Source: an uncultured Planctomycetaceae bacterium
Lineage (GTDB): Bacteria > Planctomycetota > Planctomycetia > Planctomycetales > Planctomycetaceae
Reading direction: 5' to 3'
Assembly: GCA_963813715.1 (NCBI GenBank)
Contig: CAWFAK010000007.1
Location: 704,001-768,000, forward strand
DNA: 64,000 nucleotides
Numbering within the stretch: the stretch's first letter is position 1; every line of letters begins with the position of its first letter. Under the pieces are notes generated by a model that saw only the letters and a list, made by a program, of their open reading frames with translations, had not been told where the DNA came from and searched no databases. Shown here piece after piece: positions 39,297-51,081 of the stretch. The translations under genes were made by a program, and so were the position numbers.

Positions 39297-42061
39297 ATGT
39301 CGAACGTCCTCTTTTCGCGACAATTGCCCGCGGGGGCCGCCCGCGCCGTTCGGTGCCTGGTCGGCAGCGCGGTTTGCCTCTTGACTGCCGTGGCCGGCGG
39401 GGCTGAACCGTCGTCGACTCCCGGTCCGAGCGCCGTTTTGTATCTCAACAGCGGCTACATCCGCGGAGAACTGCGAAATTCCCCCACACCCGAGAAGTTG
39501 CGTTGGCAAGGCGCGGATTTCGTCGCGCCTTTCGAATTCGACATTCACCGGATCGACGCCGTTTACTTCCCCGACCCGATGAAGGCCGAGCGTCCGCGAG
39601 GCGACTATTGCTTCGAGCTTTCGGCGGGAGACGTCGTATTCGGATCGCTGGCCAGCCTCGACGACCACGAAGTCGAACTCGACGTCCCCATGCTCGGCCG
39701 CCTGCGCGTGCCACGAAGCCACCTGCAGCGGATGACTCGCAAGCTCGAAGACGGCGGCATGATCTATCGCGGGCCCAACGGGTTTGCCGACTGGAAACTG
39801 TCCTCAACGAGCGCCTGGCACAACGATCAAGGACAGCTCTGGACAGATCAGAACGACTCCTCCGCCCAAAGCACACTGAAGCTCCCGCCGCGCTGCGCCA
39901 TCGAGCTGGTCCTCTCGTGGAGCGCCAAACCGAACTTCGCGCTCGCGCTGGGGATGGGCTACCGCATCGAGGCCTGGCAGCGCGAGCTGGTGCTGGTTGG
40001 CGAAACCGAACATCAGGCCGATCTCGCCTCGCTGCAGCCGCTGGATTACGACGCGGGGCGGATTCACCTGTTCCTGTTTCTCGACCAGCAGTCTGGCGAA
40101 TGCATCGTCTACTCGTCCAAAGGCGCGCCGCTGGCCAACATGAAGCTGACGGGTTCTCAGGGGCGCGGGTCAACGAATTGCGGCTGACCAATAACCGCGG
40201 CGACATTCACCTGGAACGACTCCGCATCGACCATTGGAACCGCGGTCGTCCATTGGCGGGCGAGACCGTCGACAAACCCCGCGTGTGCCTTGCCGACGGA
40301 TCGATCAAATACAGCGAGGTGGCGAAGTTCGACGCAGCGGCCAAGACCTTCGTGATCAGAGGCGGCAAGGAATCTCCCGTTCCGGCTGATCGCGTGGTCG
40401 ATATCTATCTGGGAAAAACGAGCGATCAGGGCCCGCGGCCGCTGACGGTCGACTATCAGGATTCGTCACGGTTCAGCGGCAAGCTGCTGCGGATCGAAAA
40501 CGAAATAATCTCGCTCGAGTCGCCCGCCGCCCGCGAAACGCTGCATCTGCCACTCAAAGGTTTGCGTTCGCTGATCGTCCACCAGAGCGCAGCCGAGAAA
40601 AAGAACGAGCCCGAAGCCGGCGGCACCCTGGAAATGGAAGGCGTGCGCTTGCCCGGAACCCTGGTTGGGGGGCGTGAAGTGGCAAATGCCAGCTGCCTCG
40701 TCTGGCGGCCGCGAGGTTGCGAGGTCGGCAGCGCGCTCAAGCCGAACGTCGACGGGCGGATTGTCTTTCGCGACGTCGCGACCCCGCCCGCCAATCGGGA
40801 ACGGCGCGTCTCACGTCGCAATGCCGGTGCCGCCGCCGCGTCCAGCTCTTCGTCGGAAGACGATTCGCAGCCGCGGCAGGCGCTCACCAAAGCTCTGTAC
40901 CTGCGCACGGGCGACATGGTCCCCTGTGAAATTACGCGGATCGACGAAAAAGGGGTCTCGTACAAAACGCCTCTCGCGGATTCGGGCGTCATCGCGAACG
41001 ACAAGATCAAGGCGGTCGTGCTTACGCTCGACGGCCGCGGACCGGTCGAGCTCACCAAGGACAAACGCGATCGTCTGCTGACCCTGCCGCGGATGTACAA
41101 GGACAATCCGCCCACCCATCTCATCCGTTCGTGCGACGGCGATTATCTGCGCGGGCGCGTCATCGAGATGGACGACCACAAGCTCGTGGTCGAATTGCGG
41201 ACGAAACCCAGGGAGTTGCCCCGGGACCGCATCTCGCGAATCATCTGGCTACATCCCGACGAACTAGAAGGCGCGGCGGCGGCGAAGAAAAAGACAAACA
41301 CGGGACCGCGGCCTCTGGTGCAAGCCGTTCACGACAACGGCACGCGTCTGACCTTCCATCCGACTCAATTCAAAGATTCGATCCTGTCCGGTGTGAGCGA
41401 CGCGCTCGGCGCCTGCCGGATTGCGCTGGAATCGGTCGACCAACTGTTGATCGGCAATACGATCGACGAAGCGGTGACCAAGACCGCGTATCAACAGTGG
41501 CGGCTGCGAAACGCGCAGGAGCCCAAGTTCGTCACGGCCGACGCCAATGCGCCCCGCGGCGGCGCCGATGGCATGGATTCCGCCCTCGTCGGCAAACCGG
41601 CGCCCGATTTCGAGCTGGATCTGTTGAGCGGCGAGCATTTTCGCTTGTCCGATCATCGCGGAAAAACGGTCGTGCTCGACTTCTTCGCCACCTGGTGCGG
41701 GCCCTGTCTGCAAACGATTCCGCACGTCGCCCAGCTCCATCACGATTCAGCCGGTAGCGGGCTGAAGGTGGTGGCCGTCAACCTCGAGGAAACTCCCCAG
41801 CAGATTCAGGCCTTGCTCAAGCGGCTCAAGCTGGAGATTCCCGTCGCGCTCGATCGCGACGGAGCCATTGCCGCTCGCTATGGCGTGAACGCGATCCCGC
41901 AAACGATCATCATCGATCACGACGGCAAGGTGGTGCGTCACTTTATCGGCGGCGGGACGCATTTCGCCAAAGACCTGGTCGACGCGGTGCACGGCGTCAC
42001 CTCGCCGGCTTCACCGAAGCCGCCGGCAACAATGCCGACCACGCGTCCCAAGGGGACGTGA
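39297..42061 (+). CDS. Large exported protein with C-terminal TlpA-like thioredoxin domain (apparent frameshift near 40170)
   Basis: Signal peptide in ORF 38736 frame; C-terminal GKPAPDFEL..VVLDFFATWCGPC..YGVNAIPQTIIID. Confidence 0.8.
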
Positions 42062-42136
42062 TCGGGCACGCAGCTCTGCGTCCGGCCGAGATTAAGTCGT
42101 GGTCCGCGCGAGGAGCGCTTGCGCGTGTTGCCCGCG

Positions 42137-43735
42137 CTAGGCTTCGCTGTGGAGAGCCGCTTTGAGCGACTGCGTCTTTTCCGACAAGAGCGCGACCTGG
42201 CGCTCGAAGTTATTTCGGGAGACCCGGATCCGATCGAGGATCTTCTCGCTGTTGGACTGAATGGTCTTTGTCCACTTTTCGATCTCCTCCAGCGAGCCCG
42301 CTTGTTTTTCGACCATCAGAATGGCCCGCTCGATGTCGGTGAAGTCGACTTTCACCGATTGCTCCTCGATTCGCTGACGTACGCAGAGGGCGCGAGCCAA
42401 GAGGAGCGCCGCGAAAATAGGGGTCGCTCAGCGCATCTTCGGCATCCCACGCCACGAAGATGTCGTTGCCAATCCGTTGCAGCGGATCGAGGCCTTCGGG
42501 CGCCGTGCGCTTGGAGTAAACGAACACGCCGACCAAGGCGCCGCGGTTCTTGCGGGCCAGCTCGATGTATTCCCGGGCGTCGGCCAGCTGGTACTGCTGC
42601 ACCTCCTTGGCTTCGATCACGATTCGCTGTCCCGGTGCCGCGCTTTCCGGTCCCAACTCGATCAGGGTATCCCCCTTCTTGCAGTTGTTGATCAGCCCCG
42701 TCGTGGTCCCGACGCACGTGGCGATATCGCCGCGCCCCTGCGATTCATGCTGAATGAAGGCGAAGACCGCCTGATCGAATTCGTCGCCGTGCCGCGTCGA
42801 GCGTTGAATCTCCTGGCGGCGCGTGGCCATGCCGGCCAGCACTTCGCGGATTTCGGATTGAAACCGCTGGCTGTCCTGCCGATGCTCGTTGATCAGCGTC
42901 TGCAGCTCGCTTTTCATTCGGGCCAGGGCCGAGCCATCATTGTCGAGCGAAAACTGGCTGGCGATCTTCTGATGGGCGTCGTCGACCCGATGTACGAGCT
43001 TGCTGAGCGCGGAGTCCTTTTCATCGAGCGTGAACTCGCGGACCATCCGGTCGATCTTCACCTGCAGATCGCCCGAGAGCGAATTCTGTTGCTGGCTCAG
43101 TTCGGCGATGAATCGCGTGAGAGCCCCCTCCTTGTTATCAAGCGAGAACTGATTGAGCACCTGATCGCGCTGCGACTCCGAGTTGTTGCTCGACCGCCTC
43201 GCGAATCGCCGCCAGCACGCCCCGCGACTGGTCCGGGCTGAGCACGCGCATCAGCGGACTTTCCGCGCCGACGTGGGCCGAAAGCGTTTTGGTCAGCTGA
43301 GAGTCGCGATCGCCGATTTGGCGACGCAGCATCGTTTCCAGCTCGCCGTCGCGCCCGATCAGCCGATCGATCCGCTCCTGCAACCGGCCGTCCTTCGGGT
43401 CGAAATACTGCTTGAGCGAGTCGGCCACGCACTCGTGAACCGTCTGAGCGTGGCTGCCCAGTTTGCTGTTTAGCTCCGACAGCAGCCGTTCACTTTCGCG
43501 GCGGACGAGATCAGCGTCGATTTGACCACGGGCCTGCCGCAGCGCCAGGACGCCAATCCGTAAGGCGTTCAATGCAAATCGCTCGCGCGGCTCCCCTTCG
43601 CGAAAGGTCGTCAATTCGCGGATCGTGTCGGGGTCATCGACCTTCAGCTCCAAGCGGCAAACCGAAGGGCAAATGGCCTTCCGTGGCGACAACTCGGGGG
43701 AAGAGTTCGCGCGGAACATTGAGGGCCTCCGACAT
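42137..43735 (-). CDS. Coiled-coil protein with C-terminal PD-(D/E)xK-like domain (RmuC/DUF2130-like; about 3 apparent frameshifts)
   Basis: AAGGAG RBS before ATG 43735; joined frames 43138..43770, 42210..43160 and 42137..42400; KKGDTLIEL..IVIEAK motif. Confidence 0.6.
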
Positions 43736-43975
43736 GGCATTCTCCTTAATTGCCTGCCATTCCGTTCCATCAGGCTGTCTGTCCAGAGTATCTCACCCGC
43801 TCACCAATGAGCAACGTATGCACACTAAATCCAAGTTGGCGATCGGTCCCGGACTCGCCCGCCCGACGTTGCCAGAGAACAGTCCACCGCGTATCCTAAA
43901 CACATTGACATCCGTTGATGTTCCCGCCTCGCTGCCTGCCTGATTTGCCCGCCGAACTGCTTGGTCTGACAGCGG

Positions 43976-46463
43976 ATGAAGCTGCCAATGACCCGCCCGC
44001 CGCTCGCGTTTTGCTGCTTCGCGGTTGCTGCCGCCCTATGCTGGCTGCCCGCTAACACTCCCGCCGCTGGCCCGCAGCTTCCCGCAAATCAGGTCGAATT
44101 CTTCGAATCGAAAGTCCGCCCCGTGCTCGCCGGCACATGCCTCAAGTGCCACGGCGTTTCCACGCATAAGGGAGGCCTGCGGCTCGACTCGCGCGATGCG
44201 GCGCTCAAAGGCGGCGATTCGGGAGCGGCCGTCGTGCCCGGCAATCCCGACGCCAGCCCCATGATCGAGGCGATCAACTATCGTGGGCTCGAGATGCCGC
44301 CGACCGGCAAGCTGAAGCCACGCGAGATCCAGGCGCTCGTCGAGTGGGTGAAGATGGGCGCCCCCTGGCCCAAGGAAGACGGCAAATCCGCGGGACCGTC
44401 GCGCGGCGATTTCACCATCACCGACGAAGACCATCACTACTGGGCCTTTCAACCGATCGGCCACCCGCAACTCCCGGCCGTGCGCAAAAAACTGGGTAGC
44501 CAATCCGATCGACGCCTTCGTGCTGGCCAGCCTCGAAGAAAAGGGCCTGGCGCCGAACCCGCCGGCCGAGCCTCGCGTGCTCATCCGCCGAGTGTTCTTC
44601 GATGTCATTGGGTTGCCGCCGACTCCCGAAGAGGTCGACGTCTTCGTCAAGAATCCTTCGGACGAAGCCTACTCGCGGCTGATCGACGGGCTCCTAGCGC
44701 GAAAGGAATACGGCGAGCGCTGGGGCCGACATTGGCTCGACGTCACGCGGTTTGCTCAAACCAACGGCTACGAACGAGACGCGGAAAAGCCTGAATCGTG
44801 GCGCTACCGCGATTACGTCATCGATGCGTTTAACGCCGACAAGCCCTACGACCGGTTCATCACCGAGCAGCTGGCCGGCGACGAACTTGACGAGCCCACT
44901 CCCGAATCGATCATCGCCACGGGCTTCTATCGACTGGGTATCTGGGACGATGAGCCCGATAACCAGGATGCAGCGGCGTGGGACGAAGTGGATGAAATGG
45001 TCCGCACGACCGGCGCGGCGTTCCTCGGGCTCACGCTCGGCTGCGCCCGCTGCCACAATCACATGTTCGATCCGATTCCCCAGGAAGACTACTATCGCCT
45101 GGCAGCATTCTTCCGCAACGTCGAACCGTACGGCAAGGCGCTGAGTCGCACGCATCTCGGCACGAACGACGCGGGCATTTTGACTCCGGTTGGCACGCAC
45201 GCGGAGTTTGCGGCATGGGAGGCGCGGCGGAATGAGCTGTCGCCCCAAGTCGCGCGGGCTAAAGCGAAACTCGCCAAGCTGCCCAAAAACGCGGAGCACA
45301 AGGCTGAACGCCAGCGTCTCGTCAATGAGCTGACCCGGCTGAAGAAACAGCAAGAAGCGGTCCCTCTGGAACGCGCGCTTTCAGTCCGCGAATGCGGCCC
45401 GCCCCTCCGCGAGACACGCGTGCTGATTCGCGGCAATGTCGCCACGCCGGGGAGGCACGTCGAACCGCGGTTTCTGACGATTCTGGGAGGCAAAACCCCG
45501 CAGGCGATTCCCACATCTTTCACCGGCCGCTCGGGGGAACACTCGCTCAAACCGATGCTGGTGGAAGCCGGGGTGCGCCCGACAATGGGCCTGCGTCGCG
45601 CCCTGGCCAACTGGATCGCCAGCGCGGACAACCCGCTGACCGCGCGCGTGATGGTCAATCGCATCTGGCAAGAGTATTTCGGCCGGGGCATCGTCCGCTC
45701 GACCGACAACTTTGGCCGCGCCGGCGTCCCGCCCACGCATCCCGAACTGCTGGCATGGCTGGCGCGCGACTTTGTCGACGGTGGCTGGCGGATCAAGCGG
45801 ATGCACAAACTGATCCTCCTGTCGCGGGCCTACCGCATGTCGTCAGCCGCGACTGATGCGAAAGACGTCGCGGTCGACGCGGATAATGATTTCTTCTGGC
45901 GTCAGAATCTGCGACGGCTGGATGCCGAGGCGATCCGCGACTCGATGCTGGCAGTCAGCGGACGGCTGAATCTTGCCGCTGGCGGCCGTGGCATCTTTCC
46001 GCCCCTCTCGAAGGATGTGCTCGCCACGCAATCGCGGCCCGGTATGGGCTGGGGGCAAAGCAGCGTCGAGGAACAGTCGCGTCGCAGCGTCTACATTTAT
46101 CTCAAGCGGACCTTGATGGTGCCGTTTCTGGAAACCTTCGATTACACGAATACGGCCGAATCGGTCGGCATCCGCCCGACCACGACAGTGGCGCCGCAGG
46201 CTCTGCTCTTGCTCAACAGCGAGTTCACCGACGAGCAAGCGCGGAACTTAGCGGAGCGGGTGCGCCGCGAAGCGGGCAACCTCCCCGCTGCGGAAGTCGA
46301 TCGGCTGTTTCGTCTGGCGCTCGGTCGCTTGCCGACGCCGCGCGAGGCGAAAATCTCTCTCGAGCTGCTGCAAAAGCCTCCCGGGCCCGATGGAGTGGCC
46401 GATCCGCTGCGGGCACTGTGCCTCGTGGTGCTGAATCTGAACGAGTTTGTGTACTTGGACTGA
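43976..46463 (+). CDS. Planctomycete cytochrome c (PSCyt1)/DUF1549/DUF1553 protein (apparent frameshift near 44490)
   Basis: FFESKVRPVL..CLKCH..GGLRLDSR; YGERWGRHWLD; GCARCHNH; NPLTARVMVNRIWQ; PTHPELL; LNLNEFVYLD. Confidence 0.92.
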
Positions 46464-46554
46464 CGGTACCCGCAGTCACCACATGGAACTGTCGGCCCGC
46501 TCGGCGATCGATTTGTTCAGGCGGAAAGTCTGTTAGAATGCGACGGGGGATTTG

Positions 46555-48060
46555 ATGAGCGACCGTTCAACTCAGCCAGGAACTCCGACCGGCGGCTTCT
46601 GCGGACGCACGCGCCGTGAGTTTCTCTGGGAAACGGGAGCCGGCTTTACCGGCGTGGCGCTCGCCGCCCTGCTGGACCGCGACGGATTCTTTGGTGGGCG
46701 CGCGCTCGGCGGCAGCACGCCTCCGGGGCGCTCGCTGGATCGTCCCCTCGCCCCTCTGCCGGCCCCCTTTCCCGCGAAGGCCAAGCGGTGCATCTTCCTG
46801 TTCATGTACGGCGGTCCGTCGCAGATGGACCTCTTCGACTACAAGCCCGCGCTGCAAAAACGCCACGGCAAAACAGTCAACGTCGAAGTGCGGCGAGGTT
46901 TTGTCGTGCCGCAAACGCTGTTGGCCTCGAAGCGGCGTTTTGAGCGTCACGGTCAATCGGGCCAATGGTGCTCCGATGCGCTCCCCTGCATTGCTCGGCA
47001 CATGGACAAGCTGGCGGTCATTAAATCGCTGCAGATGGATTCGTTCGCCCACGCGTCGGCCCTCATTCAGATGAACTCGGGCCGCGTGCTGCAGGGGCAT
47101 CCGTGCCTGGGCTCCTGGGTGAATTACGGGCTGGGCACGCTCAACGAAAATCTGCCCGGCTTCGTGGTGATGCTCGATCCGCGAGGCGGACCGATCGCCG
47201 GGGCCGCCAACTGGATGAGCGGCTACATGCCGGCGGCCTACCAAGGCACCGTACTGCGCTCGACCGGTCAGCCGATCCTCAACCTGGCTCCGGCCAGCCG
47301 CATCGACCGGACGTGGCAGCGGGCGCAGGTCGAAACGATCAACGCGCTCAACGCCGAACACCTGGCGACGCGCCCGGGCTATTCCGAGCTGCAGGCGCGA
47401 ATCTCCGCCTACGAACTGGCGTTTCAACTGCAGTCGACGGCCCCCGAAGCGCTCGACCTTTCGGTCGAAACACAGGCTACGCAGGAACTGTACGGCCTGC
47501 ACGATCCCAAGCCGCCGCACAAGCTGTCGTTAGGCAGCGGTCCGTTCGGCCGGCAGTGTTTAATCGCCCGGCGATTGATCGAACGCGGCGTGCGTTTCGT
47601 CCAGATTTATCACGGTGGCGGACACAACGACGAGAACTGGGACGCTCATTCCAACGTCGACAACAACCTGCAAATCCACTGCCCCGAAATCGATAAGCCG
47701 ATCGCCGGTCTGCTCACCGACCTCGAGCAGCGCGGGCTCCTTGACGAGACCTTGGTGATTTGGGGAGGCGAGTTCGGCCGCCAAGCCGTTTCGCAGGCAG
47801 GCCTTGGCCGCGACCATAATCCCAAGGGCTTCACGTATTGGATGGCCGGCGGCGGGATCAAGCCGGGAATCAGTTACGGAGAGACGGATGAAATCGGCCA
47901 CGAAGCGGCGGTTAACACGCGTCACATTCGCGATCTGCATGCGACCATTCTGCACACGATGGGTTTCGACCATCGGAAGCTGTCGTTTTTCCACAACGGC
48001 CTGAATCAACGCCTGACCGGCGTGATCGAGGCCGAACCGATTCATGAGATTCTTGCATAG
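46555..48060 (+). CDS. DUF1501 domain protein (sulfatase-like, Tat signal)
   Basis: TRREFL, IFLFMYGGPSQMDLFDYKP, ARRLIERGVRFVQ, WGGEFGR, GRDHNP. Confidence 0.93.
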   Translation: MSDRSTQPGTPTGGFCGRTRREFLWETGAGFTGVALAALLDRDGFFGGRALGGSTPPGRSLDRPLAPLPAPFPAKAKRCIFLFMYGGPSQMDLFDYKPALQKRHGKTVNVEVRRGFVVPQTLLASKRRFERHGQSGQWCSDALPCIARHMDKLAVIKSLQMDSFAHASALIQMNSGRVLQGHPCLGSWVNYGLGTLNENLPGFVVMLDPRGGPIAGAANWMSGYMPAAYQGTVLRSTGQPILNLAPASRIDRTWQRAQVETINALNAEHLATRPGYSELQARISAYELAFQLQSTAPEALDLSVETQATQELYGLHDPKPPHKLSLGSGPFGRQCLIARRLIERGVRFVQIYHGGGHNDENWDAHSNVDNNLQIHCPEIDKPIAGLLTDLEQRGLLDETLVIWGGEFGRQAVSQAGLGRDHNPKGFTYWMAGGGIKPGISYGETDEIGHEAAVNTRHIRDLHATILHTMGFDHRKLSFFHNGLNQRLTGVIEAEPIHEILA

Positions 48061-48103
48061 GCCACCCCTGATCTGGCGGCACCGTCTTTCGGAGTTCCTC
48101 ACG

Positions 48104-48853
48104 ATGCACAACCGAGTTCATAGCACGCTCGCTGCGCGCGCCGTTTTGGCGGCAGCAGGACTGCTCGCCCTGGCCCCAGGGACGCGCGGGGACGACCCGC
48201 CATCCGAACATGCCCTCAATGTCCCTCCGCCCGGCTACGTCGCCCTCTTCAACGGCAAAGATCTCACAGGCTGGAAGGGGTTGGTTCTGAACCCCAAGCA
48301 GCGTGCCGCGATGTCGGCCGAAGAACATGCGGAGCGGCAAAAGGAGGCCGACGCACGAATGCACAACCATTGGAAGGTCGTCGACGGCGCGCTGATGTTT
48401 GACGGGGCGCCGTTTAACGTGTCGGGCCCGCTTTGCACAATCAAGCAGTACGGTAATTTCGAGATGCTGGTGGACTGGAAGATCAGTAAGGGCGGCGATA
48501 GCGGCATTTATCTCCGCGGCTCACCCCAGGTGCAGATCTGGGATCCTGATGAACCGTCGCAGCAGAAAAACGGTGCCGGCAAGGGCTCGGGGGCGCTGTG
48601 GAACAACGCGATAAACGAGCGGTTCCCTCTCGTACGGGCCGACAACCGAATCGGTGAGTGGAACAGTTTCAAAATTCGGATGGTCGGTGACCGTGTCAGT
48701 GTCTGGCTCAACGGCAAGCTCGTCACCGACAACGTGGTGATGGAGAATTACTGGGACCGCAAGAAGCCGATCTATCCCCGCGAGCAGATCGAGCTGCAAA
48801 ACCACAATCATCCGCTTTACTTCCGCAACATCTTCATCAAGGAGCTGCCCTAG
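48104..48853 (+). CDS. DUF1080 (3-keto-disaccharide hydrolase family) protein
   Basis: LFNGKDLTGW, GDSGIYLRG, GEWN, IELQNH..FRNIFIKEL. Confidence 0.9.
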   Translation: MHNRVHSTLAARAVLAAAGLLALAPGTRGDDPPSEHALNVPPPGYVALFNGKDLTGWKGLVLNPKQRAAMSAEEHAERQKEADARMHNHWKVVDGALMFDGAPFNVSGPLCTIKQYGNFEMLVDWKISKGGDSGIYLRGSPQVQIWDPDEPSQQKNGAGKGSGALWNNAINERFPLVRADNRIGEWNSFKIRMVGDRVSVWLNGKLVTDNVVMENYWDRKKPIYPREQIELQNHNHPLYFRNIFIKELP

Positions 48854-48854
48854 G

Positions 48855-49208
48855 ATGCCGTCGGTCGACTGGTACTATCACCGTCCCGGCTGTACGACGT
48901 GCGGGAAGTCGCAGGCATTTCTCGAGAAGAAGAAGCTCGACGTCAAGGAGCAGGTCAACGCTGCCAAAATCCGCTTCGAGCCCAAGCAGGCGCTCGAGCT
49001 CGTGCGCCAGGCGAATCGGGTGATTGTGGCCAAAGGGAAAAAGGTCGTCGACTTCGACATGAAGCGCGATCCGCCCGATGATGAAACGCTGCTCAAGCAC
49101 ATCATCGGCCCGAGCGGCAAACTCCGCGCACCCGTCATTCGCCGCGGCTCGACTTTGTTGATCGGCTTCGCCGAGGACGAATTCGCCGAAGTGCTCGGCG
49201 CGAAGTAA
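48855..49208 (+). CDS. ArsC/Spx-like thioredoxin-fold protein
   Basis: HRPGCTTCGKS CxxC motif; GPSGKLRAPVIRRG..LIGF. Confidence 0.75.
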   Translation: MPSVDWYYHRPGCTTCGKSQAFLEKKKLDVKEQVNAAKIRFEPKQALELVRQANRVIVAKGKKVVDFDMKRDPPDDETLLKHIIGPSGKLRAPVIRRGSTLLIGFAEDEFAEVLGAK

Positions 49209-49229
49209 ACCTTCTTGGAGGCGGCTGCG

Positions 49230-49964
49230 GTGCAACTAGCCGGTCGGGTCGCCATCGTGACGGGCGGAGGCAAGCGGATTGGCCGCGCTCTCTGCCTCAC
49301 TCTCGCCGATGCTGGCTGCTCGGTGATGGTGCACTACTCGCACTCGGCGGAGGAGGCGCGCGGCACGGTCGAGCAGATCACCGCTTTGGGCGGGCAGGCC
49401 GACTGCGTCGGCGCCGACTTCGGCGATCCGCACCCGGCGATTCCGCAAGTCATCGGCGCCGCCTACGAGCGGTTCGGCCGCGCGGATATTTTGATCAACA
49501 GCGCGGCCATTTTTGAGCCAGGCTCGCTCGCGTCGACCACCGAGTCGGACTGGGACCGGCAATTCGCGATCAATCTCAAGGCCCCCGCCTTCCTGTGCCG
49601 CGAGTTTGCCGCGCGGCATCAGCCGGGAGTGCCAGCGGCCATCGTGAATATTGCCGACTGGCGCGGTCTCAAACCGCTTCCCGGGCACTTCTCTTACACG
49701 TTAACCAAGGCCGCGCTCATCGCCATGACGCGGATCCTGGCGATAGAACTGGCACCGGACATCCGCGTTAATGCCGTGGCTCCCGGGTCGATCCTGCCGC
49801 CCCCCGGCGCGGGCCCGGACTATCTCGAACACTTAGCGAAACAAGTCCCGCTCAAGCGGCACGGCGACCCGAGCGACGTGACGAGTGCCGTGCTTTATCT
49901 GCTGCGATCCGACTTCGTGACAGGCGAAGTGATCGCCGTCACCGGCGGCGAGCAACTTCAGTGA
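49230..49964 (+). CDS. SDR family oxidoreductase, pteridine reductase/FolM-like
   Basis: TGGGKRIG, VHYSHS, INSAAIF, YTLTK, IRVNAVAPG. Adjacent to folB and folK. Confidence 0.8.
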   Translation: MQLAGRVAIVTGGGKRIGRALCLTLADAGCSVMVHYSHSAEEARGTVEQITALGGQADCVGADFGDPHPAIPQVIGAAYERFGRADILINSAAIFEPGSLASTTESDWDRQFAINLKAPAFLCREFAARHQPGVPAAIVNIADWRGLKPLPGHFSYTLTKAALIAMTRILAIELAPDIRVNAVAPGSILPPPGAGPDYLEHLAKQVPLKRHGDPSDVTSAVLYLLRSDFVTGEVIAVTGGEQLQ

Positions 49965-50136
49965 CGCCTACCCAGATCGAGTGCACCGGTGCCCGAACGC
50001 AGCGGTGCCTTTGAAATTCACTCTGGCGTACGCCTCGAACCGGGCCGAAAATAGAGAACGGTAGTTGCTGCGGCCGGACAGCGCCCAATCCGAGTCGTCC
50101 AGCGTGGCCCTTGCCGTAGTTCGCCGAGTCATCCCG

Positions 50137-50499
50137 ATGTCCGACAAGATCCGCATCAATGGCCTGTTTCTGCGCACGATCATCGGCATCAACCACGATG
50201 AGCGCGAGCACAAACAGGACGTGTTGATCAACCTGTCCCTCAGCGTCGACACGCGGCCCGCCGCTCGCACCGATCAAATCGAGGACGCGGTGAATTACCG
50301 GACGATTACCAAGAACGTCATCGATCTGGTGGAGAATTCACGTTTTTTTCTAGTCGAGCGGATGGCCGACGAGATCGCCCGGCTGTGCCTTCGCGATTCG
50401 CGCGTGGATGCGGTGCGGGTCAGTATCGAGAAGCCGGCCGCCCTGCGGTTTGCCCGCTCCGTCGGCGTGGTGATCCGGAGAACCCGAGCGGATGTCTGA
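50137..50499 (+). CDS. folB: Dihydroneopterin aldolase
   Basis: DKIRINGL..IIGINHDER..KQDVLINL..VNYRTI..LVERMA..VSIEKP. Confidence 0.92.
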   Translation: MSDKIRINGLFLRTIIGINHDEREHKQDVLINLSLSVDTRPAARTDQIEDAVNYRTITKNVIDLVENSRFFLVERMADEIARLCLRDSRVDAVRVSIEKPAALRFARSVGVVIRRTRADV

Positions 50500-51031
50500 G
50501 CGCCGGGCCAACCGCGCCTACCTGTCGCTCGGTTCCAATATCGAGCCGGAGCAAAATCTCCCGGCCGCTGTTCGCGAGTTGGCAGCATTCGGCCGCATTC
50601 TGGCGGTGTCTAACGTTTGGGAATCGGCCCCGTTCCGTGTCGGTGACACAGAACGCCCCGACCGACAAGCCGACAAGAACTTCTTGAATGCGGCCCTGGT
50701 CCTCGAAACGCCGCTGTCGCCGCCGGAACTTTACGAGCAGGCGATTTCGTCGGTCGAGCGCCGGCTGGGACGCGTGCGAGATCCCCACGACAAGAACGCG
50801 CCGCGGACGATCGATGTCGATCTTTCGCTCTTCAATGATGACGTGCTCGAGTTCGCCGGCCACCGCGTCCCGGACCCAGAAATCCTGATCCGGCCGTTCG
50901 TCGCCATTCCGCTGGCCGAGGTCGCTCCAGACTATGTGCATCCGATCGAGCGACGGCGCCTCGCCGACATCGCGGTCGCTTGGTTGAACAATTCCGGTCT
51001 ACTACCGCGGGCCGACGTCAAGCTGGAGTAG
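50492..51031 (+). CDS. folK: 2-amino-4-hydroxy-6-hydroxymethyldihydropteridine diphosphokinase
   Basis: AYLSLGSNI, FLNAA, ERRLGR, APRTIDVDL, RPFVAIPLAEVAP. Confidence 0.95.
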   Translation: MSERRANRAYLSLGSNIEPEQNLPAAVRELAAFGRILAVSNVWESAPFRVGDTERPDRQADKNFLNAALVLETPLSPPELYEQAISSVERRLGRVRDPHDKNAPRTIDVDLSLFNDDVLEFAGHRVPDPEILIRPFVAIPLAEVAPDYVHPIERRRLADIAVAWLNNSGLLPRADVKLE

Positions 51032-51081
51032 GACCGAGAGCGAGAACGCTACCAGCGGGAATCGCCAGAAACGTGAACCGC

